This document shows positions 12,534 through 26,036 of a stretch of DNA of 64,000 nucleotides, in pieces; the stretch's first letter is position 1, and each line of letters begins with the position of its first letter. Source of the DNA: Phoronis australis (Eukaryota; Animalia; Phoronida); contig NMRA01000018.1 of NCBI GenBank assembly GCA_002633005.1, forward strand, positions 315,892-379,891, read 5' to 3'. The position numbers and the translations under genes are program-made. A model generated the notes under the pieces. It was not told the DNA's origin. It did not search any database and saw nothing but the letters and a program-made list of their open reading frames with translations.

Positions 12534-13979
12534 CACAGTTCTACTGTGAGTGTACACCAATATGATAATCGAGAGTAGTTCTACTCGCCGCGTCAGCTGC
12601 AGGTATCATTATCTCTTTTATGACACACAATGTGTGACTGGGCAATGCTTTTTCAAAATAGTGTTAAAGCCGGTGGTGCGTGAGACCCCTGAGGTCCCTG
12701 TCAAGTCCTCACGCCATAATAACCGCCCAGGCGCTTAGAAAAGTTCATTTCGGGGGGGGGAGGGCCTCATTATAACCAAAGGCCGTTGAAACCCGGTCTC
12801 CGAAACGGGTAAAAGCGGAAGCTAAGATTCATCATATTTACACTCTGTGACGTATCTGTAATCTATGAAAGACTTTCTACAAAACCATGGGCCATTGCTA
12901 TCAAACTTTGCTGCTAAATTATGATCATTTTACAGAAAACTGTGCTGAAATCCCTTAGGGCTAAAACTCGCCGACTGCCCGCCTCGTAACTGACGATATG
13001 GCGACTTGAATGCTTGAATAAAAATACAGTTTTGACACAAGCAAATTACCTGAAATCCTCCTTAAGTTTTCCAAGGAGCGTCCCTAAGAATTTTAAGTTC
13101 CCGTGGAGTCGGGATCACGGCAGGTTTAAGTACAAATCTGTGCTACATCGTGCCATCTACATGTATGATCGGCAACATGAGAAAAATGTCTGGACGAACA
13201 CACGTGTTGTTGTCACGTGACGTTTGTTTTGAAGTTGTCTGCGTTTGTGAGTAAGCGANCACAGTTCTACTGTGAGTGTACACCAATATGATAATCGAGA
13301 GTAGTTCTACTCGCCGCGTCAGCTGCAGGTATCATTATCTCTTTTATGACACACAATGTGTGACTGGGCAATGCTTTTTCAAAATAGTGTTAAAGCCGGT
13401 GGTGCGTGAGACCCCTGAGGTCCCTGTCAAGTCCTCACGCCGTAATAACCGCCCAGGCGCTTAGAAAAGTTCGTTTCGGGGGGGGGGCCTCATTAGAACC
13501 AAAGGCCGTTGAAACCCGGTCTCCGAAACGGGTAAAAGCGGAAGCTAAGATTCATCATATTTACGCTCTGTGACGTATCTGTAATCTATGAAAGACTTTT
13601 TACAAAACCATGGTGCATTGCTATCAAACTTTGCTGCTAAATTATGATCATTTTACACAAAACTGTGCTGAAATCCCAGGGCTAAAACTCGCCGGCTGCC
13701 CGCCTCGCAACTGACGATATGGCGACTTGAATGCTTGAATAAAAATACAGTTTTGACACAAGCAAATTACCTGAAATCCTCCTTAAGTTTTCCAAGGAGC
13801 GTCCCTAAGAATTTTAAGTTCCCATGGAGTCGGGATCACGGCAGGTTTAAGTACAAATCTGTGCTACATCGTGCCATCTACATGTATGATCGGCAACATG
13901 AGAAAAATGTCTGGACTAACACACGTGTTGTTGTCACGTGACGTTTGTTTTGAAGTTGTCTGCGTTTGTGAGTAAGCGA
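12534..13979. repeat. About 720-bp near-identical tandem duplication abutting a single N (probable assembly overlap or allelic copies)
   Basis: 12534-13258, n at 13259, 13260-13979; only a few SNPs and indels differ. Confidence 0.9.
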
Positions 13980-16475
13980 GTGCGTGCGTGTCACCAGAGT
14001 TCATTTGCCAGAGCAGATACTGTCTTTTGGCCATAGCCACGCAATCTAACGAGCTAGATGTGCATTGTATCTAAAGAAATTTGCACAAGCGGTAGGCCTA
14101 AACCAGAGTGTTTCATTCAGCACTTGCCGGTCTCATGTGCTAAAACGTTCGACATTTGTCTTGGTAAGGCCATATTAGTCGCCATGTGGCTGGATGCGTA
14201 CTTGATTATCTGACAGTTATTTTTCGGTGTAAAGGTGTGTAAGCATTCACTGTCAGTTGTCATTTTATAGAATATTTGGCTTAAAAACACCAATTATGGT
14301 TAATCAAACAATTCATCTTAAAAATAACAAACATTTTTTTATAGTAATAGAAACTGTCGGAAATTAGTGCCAATATTCATTTCTTATCGATGCTGATAGT
14401 TCCCGACTAATGTCTTTGATGACAGGTTCATGTACGTAGCACGTGCTTCCTGGCCACGTGCTTTTAACACTGGCCAAGCATTTAATTAGTCTTCGATTCA
14501 CGGTTTTCACGTGTAGGCCTACAAAGAAATTTGGATTCCTGTTGGAAACGGGAAATATCTACAAACCAATGCCGTAGACAAGTACACTACTTCTGTTCTG
14601 AAAGTCCAGACCATTGGTCCTCGCAATATCAGCAGGAACTTTGTGTTCGTTTTGAGGCATGGTGGAAGTTTGAAGTGTATAGTCACGGCTAAATACCGAC
14701 AAAGCGGCGAGGCTCATGGTCTACAAATTCTGCGCACAATGATTTTTTCAGGACTGTCGGATATTACTGATAAATTGAAGACGTTACTGTAGAATTTTAG
14801 GACTGTAGGTAAGGCATTTTTCGCACGTACACGTTCATGGACTGGGCGCTTATTTTAGCAAAGTCTGAAAACGTGTGGGGGTGCTTATAGGGGCATGGGT
14901 GATTATTGGGGTGAATACGGTATGTCATTAGCGGAAGATGGAGATTGCGGAATGTGACAAAAGTCACATCAACATTTGGCGATTGCAGAATTTTTTGCAG
15001 AATAAAATTGGACATTTTTCACACAAAGCTATTGCTGGAGTAAATACACCTGGAGTGAGGAATAACCACACTTTGAGCTTACTGAATAATGCTGATTTCT
15101 TGTGGTACATAATCTTTAAATTTAAGCTGAAGTCGGCCAGCACCAGTTGCGGGCTTCAGCATTGAATCTACTGACAAGTTAATTCTAATTACTAATTTTC
15201 TGATTCATTAATTCAACATCATGTCAGCCTTTTACTACTGAAATCATCTTGGTAATTATCTAGATAATTTGTGTCAATAACAATGTTATTCTAAAATATT
15301 TATTTACCAGTTTTCACTTGCTTGACATATTTGTTTTGAATAACTGCTACCATAATTTTTAGAGACTTATTCTGAAGAATGCAAATTCATCAAAACTAAT
15401 ACAAATCACATTCACTTTCATCTATTTCCTATCACCTGTGCCATTAGTGAGTGATGACAGCATCTTGACAGCTAAGACACACACAACATGCAGGCACACA
15501 GTTCCCTAATTACATTCTTTTACCTCGCATCACGACAGCACCGATCATAAAATCAATTTCTCTCCCACCAATGACAGGCCAGCTCTTATCAAACATCAGA
15601 AACGCTGTCAACGACCCCATCCTCTCTGTGCTAATAACAATACAGTCAATATACCTGAGCCCAGTCTACCTGCAGTTATCGGTATAACATACAGTTATTG
15701 ATTAGTATGGTAATAACTAGCACACAAGAGTTAAGGCTACTTGACTGTCTAAACTGAGTAGCTCAATATATAGCAGTGCATATACAGTGCAAGCAAGATT
15801 TCTGGAGACAAAGTGATGGCATACAACACTCAAGCTATGGTGTAATGAATCCACTCGGGTAAGAACGATAAGCTAGTATTATTGATGAACTAGTGAGGGC
15901 AAAGTAGTATTGGCCAGTTTGTCATCACACCTAGGATATAACTATAAGAAACGGAGCAAGTGTAAAAAGTCCCACATCACGCATACAATAGCAAAACTTT
16001 CACGATTGTGCATGTTCAGATAGTTGGTGCAAAGCCTACTGGGATTGATCAGCATATATCAATCACAAGTAGGCTCACTTGAAACTGTGTGACCAGCATA
16101 CTAGTCGACTCTGTTTTACTTTTACCACAATAATGTTTTGAACAAAATGTAGCATACTATAAAGCACTGACCTTCTAGACACAGTGGCATCTGCTACATT
16201 AACAATGTACTATCCCGCCACTCTCATGCATCACGTTCACCACCCACCTTCCCATCAACATAAAAACTGCCATATCAACCAAAATTTTTAACATGGATTT
16301 GCAGTAGCAAAGCAGTCTAGCGACTACGGAAAAAGCGTAGCAGTAACGCTACCTGTGGGCGCTACAACACACTACAATCATGTCAAAAATGTAGCAAGTT
16401 GCCGTGAAAGACTGATCTGTCGATAACAAAATATTTTGCTGCAATTCTGATAAGACAAAGCTTGAAATTATCATA

Positions 16476-16984
16476 AGGCCCTTTCATATTGACTTAACTC
16501 CGGTCTGAGCGGAGCGTCGACTTAAACAGCGCAGTTAACCGGACCGTTCATACTGGCTTCGGTAGTTTATGACCATCGAAGTAAAGGGTTGGTGACGCTG
16601 ACGTCATCAAAGTTATCGCAAGGTAGCGCTGCACGCTAAGATTTTTTTCAATGTGACAATTTGGGAACATTTAAATGTACTAAATGACATTAAACTCATT
16701 TTTAAATCGATTGGTTATCATTAGAGCAAAAAATAAGTAGTTATTAGTGATGGCACTACTCTGTAAAGGTTGACGATAACAGTGGCACCTGGCGATAACT
16801 TCGATTGGACCGGAGTTGAGCGTTCACATACTGCACCGCAGCGTCGACACTGAGGTCTTAAATTCACCTGTTAACTGCGATGTTAACTGGAGCTGTTAAG
16901 TGCGATCCAGGACCGGAGTTAAGCATTCATACTGACCGCAACTCCCCAAACCATCGACGCGTTGAGGTTAGTATGAAAGGCCCT
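16476..16984 (+). mobile_element. MITE with TIRs aggccctttcata...tatgaaaggccct (Harbinger-like)
   Basis: Terminal inverted repeats flanked by TA; second copy at 7046-7707. Confidence 0.75.
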
Positions 16985-17083
16985 ATACAGTGACTTGTCA
17001 CTCATCGACCAAAGTGGTACTTGTTTACAGGTTGAAAACATCAGCTGGTGATGTAGATGGATGAATGTTTACATGTCTTGCCT

Positions 17084-17775
17084 TTATGATCGACATATGT
17101 CCCGAATAATAGATAAATGATACGTGTGTTGCAAGCTCGTTACCAGAGATGAAAAGGAGACCGAGGTAGGCGATATAAGGTCATTTATTATGACTAATAT
17201 AATTACAATATAATGAATACAGGTAAATAACACAAAAATGGTAATCTCTGGTAAAATGGGCAATAAAAAAGCGCCGGCCACGTGGAAGTATGAGAGAATG
17301 ACGAAAACTGGGAGGTAGAGGGTGGGAAAAATTAATAAGTTTTGGAACGTATGACAATGTGGCTGGAACAAAGGTGAACTGAAAGCGAGGTTACAATAAC
17401 AAAGAAAAAACGCCTAAGGACACGTGACAATCATCAGCCTATAAGAGCCAAGAGCTGACCAAACTCGAGGCACGTGATAACAACAGACCAATACGAAGGC
17501 TGAGAAAACGTCGTGTAGTCCTGCACGAGGGAATAATGGAATAGACCGAAATGAGGGGGGGAAAGGAGTAAGGCTGGTCCACATGCTCACATAAATATAT
17601 TTAACAAGTGAAATACCATTATGATCCACATATATCCCGAATAATAGATAAATGACACGTGCATCGCAAGCTCATTACCAGAGATGAAAAGGAGACCGAG
17701 GTAGGCGATATAAGGTCATTTATTATGACTAATATAATTACAATATAATGATTACAGGTAAATAACATAAAAATG
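17084..17775. repeat. About 155-bp direct repeats (17084-17240, 17619-17775) around a spacer of about 380 bp; LTR- or Ngaro/DIRS-like relic
   Basis: Shared ttatgatc.acata...gagatgaaaaggagaccgaggtaggcgatataaggtc...aaaaatg. Confidence 0.7.
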
Positions 17776-19244
17776 ATCTCCAGTTGATCATCAGAGATGT
17801 TGAAGTTGTGCTCTGTTGAGTCAGAGAAAGGTCCAGGCTCAGTTAGAACAGATAGAAAACAGTTGTGTGTCTGCAACATTGCTTGAAATGATAATTATTA
17901 TATTCCATGCACTTATCATTACGATCATACTCCATCTGAATCAGACATAAATTGGAGATTTACAGAGCTTACTGAACTTTTGTGCTTGGTGCTAAAAATA
18001 ACCCTTAGCAACGGAAGGAAATATCTCTTTAGAACCAGGTAAATTCCTTTAGATCCTCGAAATAGACCTTGTTACAGATTTATGTGGATTTGAAATTTTT
18101 TACAAAATCCTTATGACTTTGCCTTATTATTATGCGACTGCATAGGCCGTTACATATATGGACAGCTCAAGCCATTCTGCAATCATCCCCTATATAATTC
18201 AATAAATTACACACAATAACATCAAAGTCAAAATGGGTCAAATTCGAATGTTGCAAAAGAAATAATGGATTCATGTTTTATATCCAGAATCTAATTTTGC
18301 ACTTCAAGTTATGTCATCAACACTAATTTTGGCTCAAAATGATGTCTACAGGGGGTTAGCGGGAATAATTAGATACCCAACAGATACATCACCGATTTGC
18401 CAAATATAATGTGGCTGCAACTCCGCTATTGTGACAACTTGTCATCACCCCCATATAGCTAAAAAGGAGACGGGCAAGCACTGGAAGGTATAGTATTAAG
18501 CACACAGGCAGAAAAAGATGTAAAGGGTCTGAGATTCAAAAGGCAGTCCTGCACGACTGTCTCAAGTGATCCCAGTTAATGTTGGATCACAAAGCGAAAA
18601 CAGTAGAATTTCACCATAATTTCGCAAAACCAATTGTGAGAATTGCATGGTTTCTCAAGGGCCGCTAACATAGCCGTGAATACTCACAATTTCTAAAAAA
18701 ATTATCAGGTAGTTGGCATGGTATAGAGATTCAATATTGATAAAGCACAATGGTTATCAACATAGTTCTGTAGGTGGAGTTGGAATAATTGATTAACCAG
18801 CATGTATCCATGACTTCAAAATTTCACCCTGAGAGCAAATGCCCTGATGGGAGGGAGGTGTAGCTTAGAATAATCAAGGCAATTCTTATTTGTTACACTA
18901 ATAGTTCAACTACAAAACCATCATGTACATTATTACTCCTAATCATAACATCAATTGCTAACCTTCCACAATTACATAACCTGAAATGACTTGACAACAA
19001 CATGACATCCAGCTGGTACCAGTTCATTGGTCCCAGCACATAGTAATCCCTCAAGAAACAGGTGTGAATAGAGGAGGAGCAAAGCACAGCCTCCATGGGT
19101 CATTGGTCAAGATCAGATGTTATGTTATGTGACACTGAATGAATCCAGGTAAGAAGACATTGAATCTGTCAGCAGTGTAACAGAACATAAGCTGTTGAGA
19201 AAGAAATCAGACCACTCACGGATTGGAAACTGCTACATCTTTAG

Positions 19245-19660
19245 ACCAGTTGGTTTGTATTTTTACAGCAGTTTTAGGAGGTGTTTTCAGTTGTTTAGGT
19301 TGGTATTTCCACGGTAGGTTAGGTATGCATTAACAGTAGTTTTGGTTGGTGTTTTCAGTTGTTCAGGTTGGAATTTCCACGGTTGCTCAGGTATGCATTC
19401 ACAGTAGTTTGGTTGGTATTTTCTCTGTAATTTTAGTTGGTCGCAGTTTTGGTTGGTACTTTCTCAGTTTTGATACTAATTTACGGTACTTTTCGTTGGT
19501 ATTTTTACAGATTTGGTTGGTAGTTTCATAGTGGTTTTGACTCATGGTATTTTTACACTTATCTTGGAACAGATTTTCAATTCTTTGTGAATTTCCACAA
19601 CAGCTTTGAATAGAATTTTCACAGCAGGTTTCGGTAAGCACTGGAGTAAATTAATTCCAA
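19245..19660. repeat. Degenerate minisatellite (gttggttggtattttcacagtagtttt-like)
   Basis: Recurrent ggttggtattt motif. Confidence 0.75.
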
Positions 19661-19805
19661 CAATTGTACCACGGCTCCTATAGCTCATGAATAATATCAA
19701 GTTATAGGCCAAATTAGATGCAAGAAGGGAAAACGAAACCGATGCAGTTGACAGATCATGTGTCATGCACCGTCATGTGGAGTGAGCATTCTATTACACT
19801 GTTCA

Positions 19806-19944
19806 GTAAAAGTGGCGTAAACGTGTCCCTCTTCAAAATGGCTACCGGGAACCAATTTCACCGAATAACAGACATTGCCGTTATTCAGTGAAAACTGGTT
19901 CTCGTTAGCCATTTTGAAGACGGACCCATTTACGCCACTTTTAC
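19806..19944. repeat. About 140-bp foldback palindrome
   Basis: Left arm gtaaaagtggcgtaaa...ttcaccgaataac pairs with right arm gttattcagtgaaa...tttacgccacttttac. Confidence 0.9.
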
Positions 19945-21950
19945 CCAGTATTCTGTTCTATTCTGCCATACTAATGTACCTGATCATGATATCTGCCTAA
20001 TATCGAAATGTCATTTTCATGCTGCACTCTAGCATCGCTTTTGTTTTCAACTGATTGCTTACGTAGCTTGCTGATAGAACTGTAACTGTACCTAGTATTT
20101 AACTATGCTAGAGACGCTTAGTACTTTAAAGCAGTTATGGTGTTCTACTGAATAACAAACTCTTGGGACAGAAAATTATATCTAGACTGTTGACTTAACC
20201 GAAACTCAAGGACTACACAAAAATGTTTAGTACGCCTACAAACCACTAACATAAGTGTGCAAAACAAGGCCAGAAATTGATAACATAATATTGCAGTGCG
20301 TTATTTTCAAGGCATAACAACAGCACTGTAGTCAAGGACTGGGGTTGGAAAATTCATAATTCAAAAGATGAATTCCTATCAATAAATCAAGTTTAATTTG
20401 GTTGAAGGTAAAAAGAAAAAGTTTTAAAAAGTTATCAGCATGGACCATAAGAGTGGATATTTTTTTACTGAAATCGATTTCCAGGCTGCCACGAGAGATA
20501 AAAGGATGGTATAAGAGACAGCGTAACACTTTAATTCGGATGCATAAGGCGCATAATGACAATAATGATACCAAAACCTGAACTAATTCACACCATTACA
20601 TAAAGATGATGAGACTTGCTATGGTTACAAGAATTGATTTCAGCAGCACACTCAATGCTTATTAGGGTGTAAACAGCATATCTTCTCATCAGTGTGCAAA
20701 ATTGCTGTTTGATGGACGCTATGAAGTGAAGACCGAGGCAATTTTTTAATGACTAAAAGAAATCAACTACAAATGCATACATTTTCTAAATGCCCAATAA
20801 TAGTTAAAAAGAATTAGCCAAAACATCAATAATGCCACCAGACATCTTTAACTGTGCTTAGTATGGGTGTCTAATCCTTTATGTGCCAGATTTGTTGCCA
20901 GGTGTAATGCATGTGGGGTGGATGCTTGCCTGACCAGAGGAAGTTGCTCTACGACAAGTTGCTTTAGTATAACTCGTAGCATGAACATGACTATTGCTAT
21001 TTTAGGGCGTCGAGGGCGAAACTCTTGTTAGAACCACTGACAAGCAAATATGACACAGCTTAGCTTTCAATGTACTTTGTTTTGTTTTATGCATTTTGGT
21101 AGTGAACTTTAAGGATTTTCTTCACGCACTCTAGGGCCTTGCTCAACAACTCTGGCAAAAACGAGAAGTTAACTTGAGCTTTCCTCGTTGCTAGCGGTTC
21201 GGTTAAGAATGCTACACTGAGAGCTAAACAGGGCGAAATGATGCCTTTTAACACCACCTTTGAAAGAACTTGTTTTGGCTCACATTTTGGGGTCACACCC
21301 ATGTGTATGTGTGAAAATGTTTAGTTAAAAACAGAAAATATTTTTTTTCTGAAAATTGAAGAAATTGCGGTTCATATCAAACTTATGTCAACATACAAAG
21401 TACAAAATGGGCGGAAACTTTTGAAGCAAACTCTTTTGCAATGGATGGTTTGTGATGTAGACCGTATTCATATAGAGTGCAGACCTTTGCCAAGGTATTG
21501 TAGTATTTCCCATAATGCACTGACATGTGATTACATAACATACATGTTAAGCTGGCACTATGAACAAGCTTGTTCAGTCATGCATATTGCAAGACTGTGA
21601 CAGAGTGCATTGTATTTCCAACTAATAAGGATACATGCAGGTCTAACAGTATCTCAGTGCTAGATATATATTACGATAGTTCAAGACAACCATGCAATAA
21701 CTGCTAAACACTCTATGTTCCAGTTTGCAATCGTGATCTTTATAGTACTGATTGAAGTTTTAAACCAACTTTGAGTCGACCATTCATTCTTGTACTAATT
21801 TTTTTACACAAGCATGAAAGTTGAAAAAGATTCATTTCAGATTTTACTTGACCGAGGCACTACATGTTATGCAACCATAGCATCATAATAGCATACTGAG
21901 GGCTAAACACGCACTGAGGGCTGAACACATACCCTTCCCACATGTAATTT

Positions 21951-23032
21951 TTGCGAGTTTTTAACAATAACGCGAGATTATGTGAGACTTAAGTGTGACG
22001 TCACCGGAAGTGGGGCAAAGCTTGTCGTTTGACCATTTGCCCGATACGGTAGCATAGTGTATTCTGTTGTTTACTTCGAGTTTTTAATCTTTTAGTGTGA
22101 AAAATGCCAAACAAGCATTGCTGTTATGGCAAATGAAATTCAGATTCCCACAATAATACTAATTTCATCCCGTGTATTTTAACGGGCGGAAGGCGAAATC
22201 CGCTCACTTCATCAAAAATACAATTTCTACACCTAAAATTATCACCTAAAAAGGCGCTTACTTTCTTCAGTGATCCTTTTTGCTTCTAAACATACCTTCA
22301 ATGAAGCATAGCTACGGGAAATCAGGTGACTTTGGTGAACAATTCCAGCTCCACTTTTTGGTTACTGTTAACTTTGACCATGCGCGCGATAACCACAAAG
22401 TATTTCAACTGAGTCAGGTGAGTATGAGGCAAAGGCTAGCGCGAGACTGAGCGAAGCGCGTAAACTGGCGCGTCACACTTGCACAATAGCATGAAGAAAA
22501 TATCAAGTGAAATTTGTAAGATTTGTGTCCCTTGGACTTTTTGTTCATCAACAGGCGTGATTTGACATACTTTCCTCAAAATGGCGCAAGGTTTTCATGG
22601 ATATGTTCAAATTATTTGTAGACTAAATTGCATCCAGTCAGGGTATGTGCTAATTATAACTCCATGTGCACATATGCATGTTTCAATTGATTTTATTTGC
22701 TGTATTTTGAAATGAGTAACTTTTAGTGGGGATATACTATCGCCCTTGTATGCCTGCGGCATTCAGGCCTAGACTGGGTCGAGTTCCAATTTCAGTCCGT
22801 TCACAGCTTCGCACAACATAACAAGTTCACATTTTCTTCGTCCATTCACAGTTATTCCATGATCCATCTACCATCCCTTAATTCGTGTTAACGTTTTAAG
22901 CATAAAATTCACCACAAAAACTCCAGTAAGATTTCGTGTGTGTGTAGCAAAGACTAGGGGCAAAACAAGAACAATATGGCGGGTTTTGCCCTCTTTCCGG
23001 TGACGTCACATTGACTAGTTGGAAACTCGCAA
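21951..23032 (+). mobile_element. Non-autonomous TIR DNA transposon with a THAP N-terminal relic
   Basis: TIRs ttgcgagttt(tt/cc)aac plus subterminal inverted tgtgacgtcaccggaa; MPNKHCCYGK*NSDS at 22104. Confidence 0.75.
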
Positions 23033-24074
23033 GTGAGCTACTAAACCGTAAGTTTCTGATTTGTTGCATTGGAGTTGGTTGTTCTCTGAAACCTGCAAAC
23101 TAATTTACAGGCAGATAGTCTGAACACATAACCATTTCCCCTATACAATCTGAAATTAGCTGAGTTGGCACTGACCAAAAGTTAAAGCTTTTAAATATTT
23201 GAACGAAGTCTGCTAAGATTCATCGTTTCAGTTTTAATTTTTAATAAAAACAGCAAAGTTGATACAGCGGTTACCTTTAACACAAAATGCTTCTTTATTT
23301 ATTTATTAATGTAATATTTACAATGCTATTACTGCTTTAAACTATTTCTGCGGAAACTTATTCCTGCTTGCCCTGGTCATTAAATTTCGGTAATGCTACA
23401 ATTTTGTGACCGCTTATTTACAAACTTGCATTTCTCTTAGCAGGAATCCAGTCCCATTGTATGCAATAGTTCTCACATACAAAACTTCTTAGGTTCATCA
23501 AGCCTATCAACAGTTTTTGAAATTTAAAGTACACAAATTCCAGGGGTCTGAAGTGTTTTGGGAAGGAGATCTCTTACTCTGAATTGGTATACACTCTCAC
23601 TACTGACTGAAATTTAAGGTTCTGCCAGATTTCCCAACACATACGTAACGGTGGAATCCCCTATCTCGAGATCACATTCTCAATTCTCCTATAGGCAACT
23701 GAGCATGAGACTTAACGAGCAGTGCATACATTATCCAATAAAGAAGGATATGACTGATTTTTGCAATGAACTCGCTTTCAATGTGAACAGTATAATTTGG
23801 GCTATGAAAGTGACAACTACCAAATTAACCGCAATGAACTTGAATGAGTATAGTTAAGGCAGTGATGTGTGAAGTAGCTCCATCTTCGCTTGGTCCAGCA
23901 GTGATGTCATTTGCAGAATCGAGGCTTGGTAAGCCCGGAGAGTGCAGCTGTAAATGTGGCAAGTTGAGCGAATAGTCAACTTGAGTGAAACTAAAGATCA
24001 ATTATTTGATAAACTTCTATTGTCTTAATTGACCTTTGTAAATTAATGTTTGGAGCAATCAGAAATAATTGCCG

Positions 24075-24233
24075 ACCACAATACTGAAGCCCCTAATCAC
24101 TCATGCCATATTCATTATGATGTCAAGTGTACCAGGCTGGCCTTTCCAGCTTACCACAATACTGAAGCCCCTGATCACTCCTGTGATATTCATTATGATG
24201 TCAACTGTACCAGGCTGGCCTTGCCAGCTTACC
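24075..24233. repeat. 78-bp tandem duplication
   Basis: accacaatactgaagcccct...ccagctt x2. Confidence 0.9.
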
Positions 24234-24480
24234 AAAAGCATTTGAGCATGAATACCAAACAACAGGTGAATGGCTGGACTTACCTTACAGTTAGGCATTA
24301 GTACCCCAAGACAGGTAATGAAATGTTTATTTTGTTGGCATTGACCCCAGGACAAATCCTAGAGTTCATGGCACTGCATACATGCACCATTTTTCAAATT
24401 CACAATTTCAGGGTTAGCTAACATCAATAAATTCTGAAACATTTTCTTGAGTTGCTTATGGTATTTATGTTCTTGATGGT

Positions 24481-24670
24481 ACTGGAAATAGAATCCTATA
24501 ATGGTAAGGAATATCATAAGACTGAAATAGAATCCTATAATGGTAAGGAATATTACGAGACTGAGATAGAATCCTATAATGGTAAGGAATATTATGAGAC
24601 TGATTTCATGACAGTATAAGGCCTAGTTTGATTTCCGTTTTTCAGCCAGCTAAATATGGCAAAATGCAAG
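24481..24670. repeat. About 39-bp tandem repeat x3 within an interspersed repeat also present at about 49020-49230
   Basis: actgaaatagaatcctataatggtaaggaatat units; similar flanks at 49129-49230. Confidence 0.75.
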
Positions 24671-26036
24671 TTAAAGAAATAGCAGTCCATTACAGTTGTG
24701 AGTATGGTACTTTATCTACATGACATGTAGTCACCGATGCCACAGTTCTATTTACAATATCCTGCCTAATTTACTATTAATTACCCATCAGAAGTCAGTC
24801 AAAAAATAAATTAGAAACCACAGCATAAGAGCCAAGTAGTGCGAATGGTGCATGGCAGAACAAATGAAGGCTGTTAAGATAATGGTTGGTTAGTTGGTCT
24901 TCCATGAAATTAGCTGGACTAAGCTAAATCACAGCTCTATAATAACTATGTATATTGTGGCTGTCCATGCAATCTAACAGTCAAATCTCAGGCAATCGAG
25001 AAGCTACAAGTTGAGGCAGATGTGACCAAGAAAATGTTAGACAAAGTTGTGTAAACCACTGTAAATCGTAAGGTATCTATGTTCTTACAAAAACCAGTGT
25101 TGGATTTTTGAATGACCGTCTTCAAGGTAAGTAGTCTTGTAAAGTGGGAGGGGGGGGCAAGAGTGACACTAACGCTCTTCTCATCTTTTTATAAGTATAC
25201 GGCGCACAAAACGAATGCTTTTCCATTCAAAAGCTTTGTACTGCAGCAGGATTTGGAATTTTCCTCCTTTAAAAGGATTTCCTCTTTTTTGGTTTCAATT
25301 TCCTCTTCTTTGATTTCCAGATTCCTGTTTTTCGTTTCTCTTTATCACGTTTATTTCAGATAATTTTTGCAATACAAAAATATTTCTAACACACAAGCCT
25401 ATTTATTTGTGGAATGATACATCACCTCTTTTCTGCCATTGGTCATTCCAAGCCCTGCTGCAGCTACCAACATCAGCAAGATATTTGAAAACAAGAACAT
25501 TCCCAACAATATGAAAAGCCTTTATAATGAATGCAAGGAGATTTTAAGCACCTTAATATCACTGGTCTCTATCCATAAAAGAAACATAGGCTACACTATA
25601 ATCTACTGCCACACCCATCTCATTTTCTGGTGAACTTTTCATAACAGGAACATGAATATTAACTCTATTAGCTTGACCACCTAACATGGCGCACCAAGTC
25701 AAATCTTGGTCAAGACATTGTGATGTGAATTACAAATTTCTGTTCGAGGCCTTTCTTGTTGTCTTCCAATAGTTGAATAGCTAGCAATTGGTCCAGCCTG
25801 TTACCACTTAATATTTTCCCTGTATTGTTTACTGCCATAGGCCACCTGGCTTTTTGTTAATTGCCCTAAACATGCATAGGTGGATGGGTGGATGGGACCT
25901 TACCCACCCTGGCTAACCACGGATGAAAGGAGTTCCATTGGGGACTGAATGCGAGAAAGTAGTTTTGTTTTTATGACCAATTCTAATACAAACATATTAT
26001 TTTTTTAGACAATAAAGAATTACGAGCACCTCAAAT

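Noticed and set aside
21087-21260. Minus-strand ORF as a candidate last STK36 exon
   Set aside because: No recognisable STK36 or HEAT-repeat motifs and a weak acceptor
23850-23948. Minus-strand exon-like segment (LRAYQASILQMTSLLDQAKMELLH*)
   Set aside because: No identifiable homology, and this frame does not match the phase-0 donor of STK36 exon 22
25100-25132. Plus-strand donor AAG|gtaagt as the 5'UTR exon of the PY-motif gene
   Set aside because: Plausible, but it lies in repeat-like sequence and there is no independent support
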